64,000 nucleotides of DNA from contig JBHGNT010000005.1 of the NCBI GenBank assembly GCA_043228905.1, positions 13,826,001-13,890,000 on the forward strand, written 5' to 3'. Below the pieces are notes generated by a model. The model saw only the letters and a program-made list of their open reading frames with translations. It was not told the DNA's origin and ran no database searches. Position 1 is the stretch's first letter. Each line of letters begins with the position of its first letter. The translations under genes were made by a program, and so were the position numbers. Shown piece by piece: positions 58,983 through 64,000 of the stretch. This DNA is from Azolla caroliniana (lineage: Eukaryota > Plantae > Polypodiophyta).

Positions 58983-61900
58983 ATGTCTTCCAAGAGAGTC
59001 GAGCGCGAGGAGTCCAGGTAGGCCTCTGACACTGTGGACATTTTTGTAAATATGTTTCGTTTCCCAAGAACTCGATACGGCGTATCGAGTTCATGTATAC
59101 AATACAAATATTTATACACGAACTCGATACGGCGTATCGAGTTCGTGTGTAAATATTTGTATTGTATACATGAACTCGATACGTCGTATCGAGTTCGTGT
59201 TTAAAGTATAGGTTTTAAACACGAACTCGATACGGCGTATCGAGTTCGTGTTCATAGTGTAGGTTGTAAACACGAACTCGATACGCCGTAGCGAGTTCGT
59301 GTTTAAAGTGAAGCCTTTGAGAGAGAAAAATCGTTTACGGGGTGGAAATGATATCAAATTGTCTGGCAAAATCAGTCTTTTTTATGTTGACTTTACTTAC
59401 GTTTAAACAAATACATGCTCTAATTATAGGTGTTTTATGACCTACTTTAGCTTAAAATAGTAGAAAATGATCTACAAATTGCCTTCACTATGGCAAATTC
59501 TCCTCAATATAGGTTTAGAATCTATATAAGTCACACCTACTATTTAAAAGAATATATAACCCGTTTTACTTATTACGATATATATTTTCTAGGTTGAATA
59601 GCCCTGCCTATAATAGATTTTTGAATATAGGACTGCTCCTGGAAACTGTTCTTCATTATAATAACAACTTCAATCTACGTGACTGTCTAACTTATGTTTT
59701 TGCATATACTTTCTTAAATAGGTCGTTTGAGAACCTGTCAGACCGGCCCGTAAAGAAAATTAAGCTTCGCATACAAGGTTCTCCAATCGAAGCCCAGACC
59801 AAGGTAACTCCGGAGACCATGAAGAGAGGAAAAAAGCTTCTCTTTAACGAAGAGACAAAATCTCAGCCACATAATGATGTAAGCCAAAAGAAACTTGTCG
59901 CCGCTACTGGAGGCGAAGACCTTCCTGACCGAGATCTAACGGACAAGGAATGGTGTATGCAATATGTCGACTCAAAGAAAAAAGTCGTATTGTATACAGC
60001 AAAGAAGAAGGGCGAGGGGCAGCTAGGAAAAGAAACTCCATTTATGTATGGCCGAATTCTACGATTTGACTACGAAGATGCAGATTCGGCCAACATACTG
60101 GTAATGATAGAGTGCTCCAAGGGGGTACGCAAAGTGTTCCTTTCAGAAGACCTTTTAGTAAAGGAATCTTGTGGGCCTGAAGTGTTCAAAAAAGCACTTG
60201 ATAACTCACAAAACCTGATTGTTACCTTGAGGCCTTATATACAAGGCCATGTAACTCTAAGAGATGAAGAGCCCTCCCACGTGAAGGCCACTAAAAAGGT
60301 ATCCAAAGTCCAGTCAAGACCAGCCAAGAAGAAGACAACGAAAATGTCGGATACGGATTCGACAAGTGAAAATGAAGAAGAGGATAATAAGGGGACGCCA
60401 GGAGCCGAGCTGGCCTCGGGTGTCCTGTCATCCGAGCAGAATAAAATAAGGAGAGAGTTAATGCAACGGAAGCTGGTCAGGAAAGGGCAAGTATTTAATT
60501 TGCCTATAACACACATCCATCGGCCCCCTATTGATGAAAAAACAGGTCGAAGACCACTTGAGATTAGAGAGCCTCATCGCATGCATGTTCAAAATCTCAA
60601 GAAAAAAATGAAAATTAATCCTCATGCCACAGTGGTGCCTTTTATTGTTATGGTGGATCCTGAAGAATGCGAAACCATTGAAGATTTTGATATCAGAAAG
60701 CATGATCAATATAATTATTTTGTCATTGGTGGATCGCATTCAGCAGAGGCACGTCGGCAACTTGTGAGAGAACATCCAACCACTTTCTTCTTCAAGTATG
60801 CCGAGTGCAAAATTTATGTTGGGCTCACAACCGAAGAGGCTAAGCTGTTGGCATGGGACCATAATAATGATAATGACTATAGGCAGAAAATGTCGTCTAT
60901 TGAGCGTATACGGTTCTTCCACCACGAGTATTTAGATGTGAAACAAAAGTTTGGTGTGAAGTTACATCCAGGCCTTCGACGTCAATGTCTTCATGAAGTC
61001 GGCATTGTGGTAGATGATAATGTTAGGTCCGATGGTCTTCGAAAGTATGAATCTTGGTTTCAATTAGCGTTTAGAGATGGAGAAGTATGGGACCTCCAAG
61101 ATCAAATCTTCTCAATGTGGGAGAATAAGGAGGTAAAGGGTCAACGACAAAAGAAATGTAGGGTTGACCCTCAACTAGAATTAAAGTCACAAGCCGCCAA
61201 GAAAATTGATTTGACAATTGAAGAAGCGGCAGACGACATGAAGCTGTCTCTATGGAGAGCGATGCAAGGTATTAAGGACGAGCAGCTTCTTGTGTCGGTT
61301 TTGTCAAGGGTTGTGGCGAAAGATTTAAGCCTTGAAGAAATGGTCACCGAGTTCAATAAGTAAGTCTTTCAAATACTGAAATTGTAGTCTATCTGGTGTA
61401 ATTCAAAGTTCTAATCTTGATTTCTAATTTTACAGTCATAAGGTGTACATGAAGATCCAAGAAGTAATGATGAAACAACTTGGATGTATAACTTGGGAAC
61501 AAGTGACCGAGGATTATCCTCTAACGTCTTCGTATAAGGCGTTATCAGAGTATTTTATTGCATTCAAGGATTGGGTTAGTATTCATGTTTTTTCATTACC
61601 CTTTCATCATATGTAGAGCTTGTATAATAATACCTGATGTCCTATTGTTTCTATTAGAAACCGTGTCGAGGCAAGAAACAAGGAGAAGTTAAGGATATAC
61701 ACGATTTCCCTACATCCTTCCTTGCACATCTCAAGCGAGCCAGAAAAGAAAAGGATCGTCGCTTAGTCAAGGCGTACGAAATGGAGGAAGATGGCTCGTT
61801 TAAAAAATTTAGCCACAAAAAAGATATTACGAGAGATCTTTACTACAATGTGGTTTGCGGCGATGTCGTCGACTTGATCCAGAAGGTGCCAAAGAAGGAA

Positions 61901-62946
61901 TATACGCTAATGATTGCGGATATTCCTTACGGATTTCGAATGGCTGGGTCATCATACGACGATGAACCGTTTAGGTTTAAACAATTGGAGAAGATGGTCA
62001 AGGATTTCGCTGAGCTAACGACCGCATCCTTGTGGCGAATAGTTGTCTTTCATAGTATGGACCAAGGGTACTCGGTAGCTCAAGCTTTGAGATCTCGTTG
62101 CCATGGCATCGAGAACCTTGCATGGTAAGGATTATTTATAGGTGTCTTTCATTATATTGCAATTCTTAAGGTTGTTGAATCTATTCTTAACTCGATGAAT
62201 TATTTTTTATAGGATCAAGACCAATGTAAATAGAGGGCCAACTTTTCGGTTCGTTAATGCCATTGAATACATAACGGTTGGCTACTTCGATGAAATTAAA
62301 AAACAGAGAATCAAAGAGCATTCTAATGAAGTGGGAGGTTCAAATCTGTTGGTATATCCAGCAGTGACTCGGAAATTGCGACATGTCACCACGACAGAAC
62401 GGGGACTTGTCAACCCATACCAAAAACCTCAACGACTTATGATGCGCTTGATCGAGATGTTTTCTGTCGAAGGAGACTGGATATTAGATCTCTTTTCTGG
62501 CACAGGTATTCCTCGAACTAGGGTAACGATCTTGAGATAACCAATCACTTTTTTTCGTTTGACAACTAAATCTTCTTGTTACTTACATCATAGGAACTAC
62601 GTCAGCATGTGCATTGAAGCTGTTTAGAAATACAGTTGCATTGGAGAAGGACGAGGACCAAGTTATATTTATTAATATGCGGATTAAGGCTTTGTGGGAG
62701 TGCCCAGACCAGGATGAGGAGGTCGGTGCAAAGAACCTCGCCAATACAGAAAGGTTTCAACCCGCTTCGCGAGAGCCTATTCCTCCGTTAGCCGGCGAAC
62801 CGGGGGAGCTAATAGAGCTTGATGATGAGCTTATAGAAGATATTTCGTTGGCCCGGCTAACAGGGGAAACCAATGCACGTATAGCCGAAGACAGTTCTAC
62901 ACAAGATGATGAAGAAAATGACGTTGATGAATTGATTGCTATGTAA
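58983..62946 (+). CDS. Six-exon, ~974-aa ParB-like plus beta-class N6-adenine/N4-cytosine DNA methyltransferase fusion
   Basis: Exons 58983-59017, 59722-61359, 61436-61574, 61658-62124, 62213-62505 and 62594-62946, all GT-AG and phase-compatible (2925 nt, no stops). Motifs VVCGDVVDLI, MIADIPY (motif IV), LAWIK..EYITVG, NPYQKP..L, WILDLFSGTGTT..ALKLFRN.VALEKD (motif I); ParB-like YFVIGGSHS..AR. Exon 1 and the exon-2 acceptor are the least certain. Confidence 0.85.
59068..59298. repeat. Array of five 25-bp palindromes GAACTCGATACG-N-CGTATCGAGTTC at 51-52-bp spacing
   Basis: Units start at 59068, 59120, 59172, 59223 and 59274 (the last has one mismatch). Confidence 0.95.
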
Positions 62947-63957
62947 TAGACTATATAAAGAATATGACACTGACGATTTGTTAAGATTTCATATTATTAA
63001 TACAAATTTTGGGTTTTACCTAGTGGATTCTATTCTTTATAATCATCTATATGTTTCAATTTTATTTTTATATACTTCATTAGTAGATTTATGATATTGG
63101 TTTCACCGCGTGCATAGCTGACTACCAAACTTATGGAGAAACATGAACTAGCTTAAATGGAGGCTGATTTTGGTCCAAGCTAACCTTAACAGAACATGGC
63201 CCTATAATTATTGCCATGACTGTCCATGTTGTTATTATGGATCTTTGTCTTATATTGTTAAAACTATTATGTTTCTATTCCATTGCTGCTTAGATTGTGT
63301 AGTGTGTTGATAATGGTTCCAGTTGCGTTATCGTTCGGAGTTTGATCTTGTGTGAATCACCTAAGCAATAGAGTAGATCAATTTTAAATACAGGTATGAA
63401 AGCCTAATAGGTTTGTTATTTCCACGACATTATCCTAAAGTTCACTGCCTTACATTGTGCACAATTATATACACATATGGTTTGATCCCATATGAACAAA
63501 CTGAGGAATAGATTAGATCAACTTTTAATATAAGTATTGAGTACTTTAATAAGTTAGTTATTCCAATCACTTATCCTAATGTGCACTATCCTACATTTTC
63601 GACAATTACATACATGCACGTATGGGTCAAAGTATAAATTATATCTCATTTTATTAGTATGGATACAAGTACACCTCATATTTTTGTAAAACCTACCTAA
63701 TTAATATAAGTCTTTAAGTTAGTGTTTCCCTTGTCGCACAATAGTGCCATATTGAGCCATAGTTGAACTTTATTTAGATACATTAACTTATCAACATGTC
63801 TAAACTTGCATGATTTCTACTGATCTCCACTCGTAGATCTATCATGTATTTTTATATTTGCAAATTCTTATCAAGTTGAGGAACATGTGATACTAGTGTA
63901 TCCAATTATTGTAGAGAGGGTGTATTTTCTTCGTTTTAAGAAGATTCTACAAGTGGA

Positions 63958-63993
63958 ATGCGCAATCCTTCCACTTGTGAACGCGAACGTGTT
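63958..63993 (-). repeat. Right terminal inverted repeat
   Basis: ATGCGCAATCCTTCCACTTGTGAACGCGAACGTGTT, 35/36 match to the reverse complement of the left TIR. Confidence 0.95.
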
Positions 63994-64000
63994 TTTATTT

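Larger units (their letters stand above)
55021..63993. mobile_element. Complete 8,973-bp TIR DNA transposon (Sola-like) carrying a DNA methyltransferase gene
   Basis: 36-bp TIRs with one mismatch; TSD TTTA (55017-55020 / 63994-63997). Removing the element restores the interrupted gypsy frame PFVWSINANSLF, which aligns with PFMWS*EAIEAF in element J. Confidence 0.95.

Noticed and set aside
59068-59298. CRISPR array
   Set aside because: Spacers are not unique (1 and 2 are reverse complements, 3 and 4 are similar), there are no cas genes, and the context is a eukaryotic intron.
59594-59721. N-terminus of the 589-aa ORF as real coding sequence
   Set aside because: It starts at TTG, is AT-rich and has a CTAAC branch-like site before the AG at 59720-59721, so it is more likely intron. 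An alternative in-phase acceptor at 59592 cannot be excluded.
58983-62946. Bacterial contamination or a restriction-modification operon
   Set aside because: The gene has five spliceosomal introns, lies inside TIRs inserted in a plant retroelement, and has no adjacent endonuclease gene.

Overview
Eukaryotic, transposon-only window. The element types suggest a non-seed land plant such as a bryophyte or fern, but that is inference. Positions 1-55,020 are a deep nest of LTR retrotransposons: degenerate Ty3/gypsy elements with an extra 3' ORF, several Ty1/copia elements (one intact with near-identical LTRs, 32938-38610), an intact tRNA-Trp-primed gypsy with a -1 frameshift pseudoknot (18855-26064), its non-autonomous relative and an inverted solo LTR, two chromovirus remnants and a truncated LINE. 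The most unusual object is a complete 8,973-bp cut-and-paste DNA transposon (55021-63993; 36-bp TIRs, TTTA target-site duplication). It carries a 926-aa Sola-like DDD transposase with a BAH/Tudor-like tail. Divergently from that it carries an intact six-exon gene for a ~974-aa protein: Tudor-like, then ParB-like, then a beta-class N6-adenine/N4-cytosine DNA methyltransferase. The first intron of that gene holds a phased array of five 25-bp palindromes. All domain calls are by-eye motif recognition; no database search was run.
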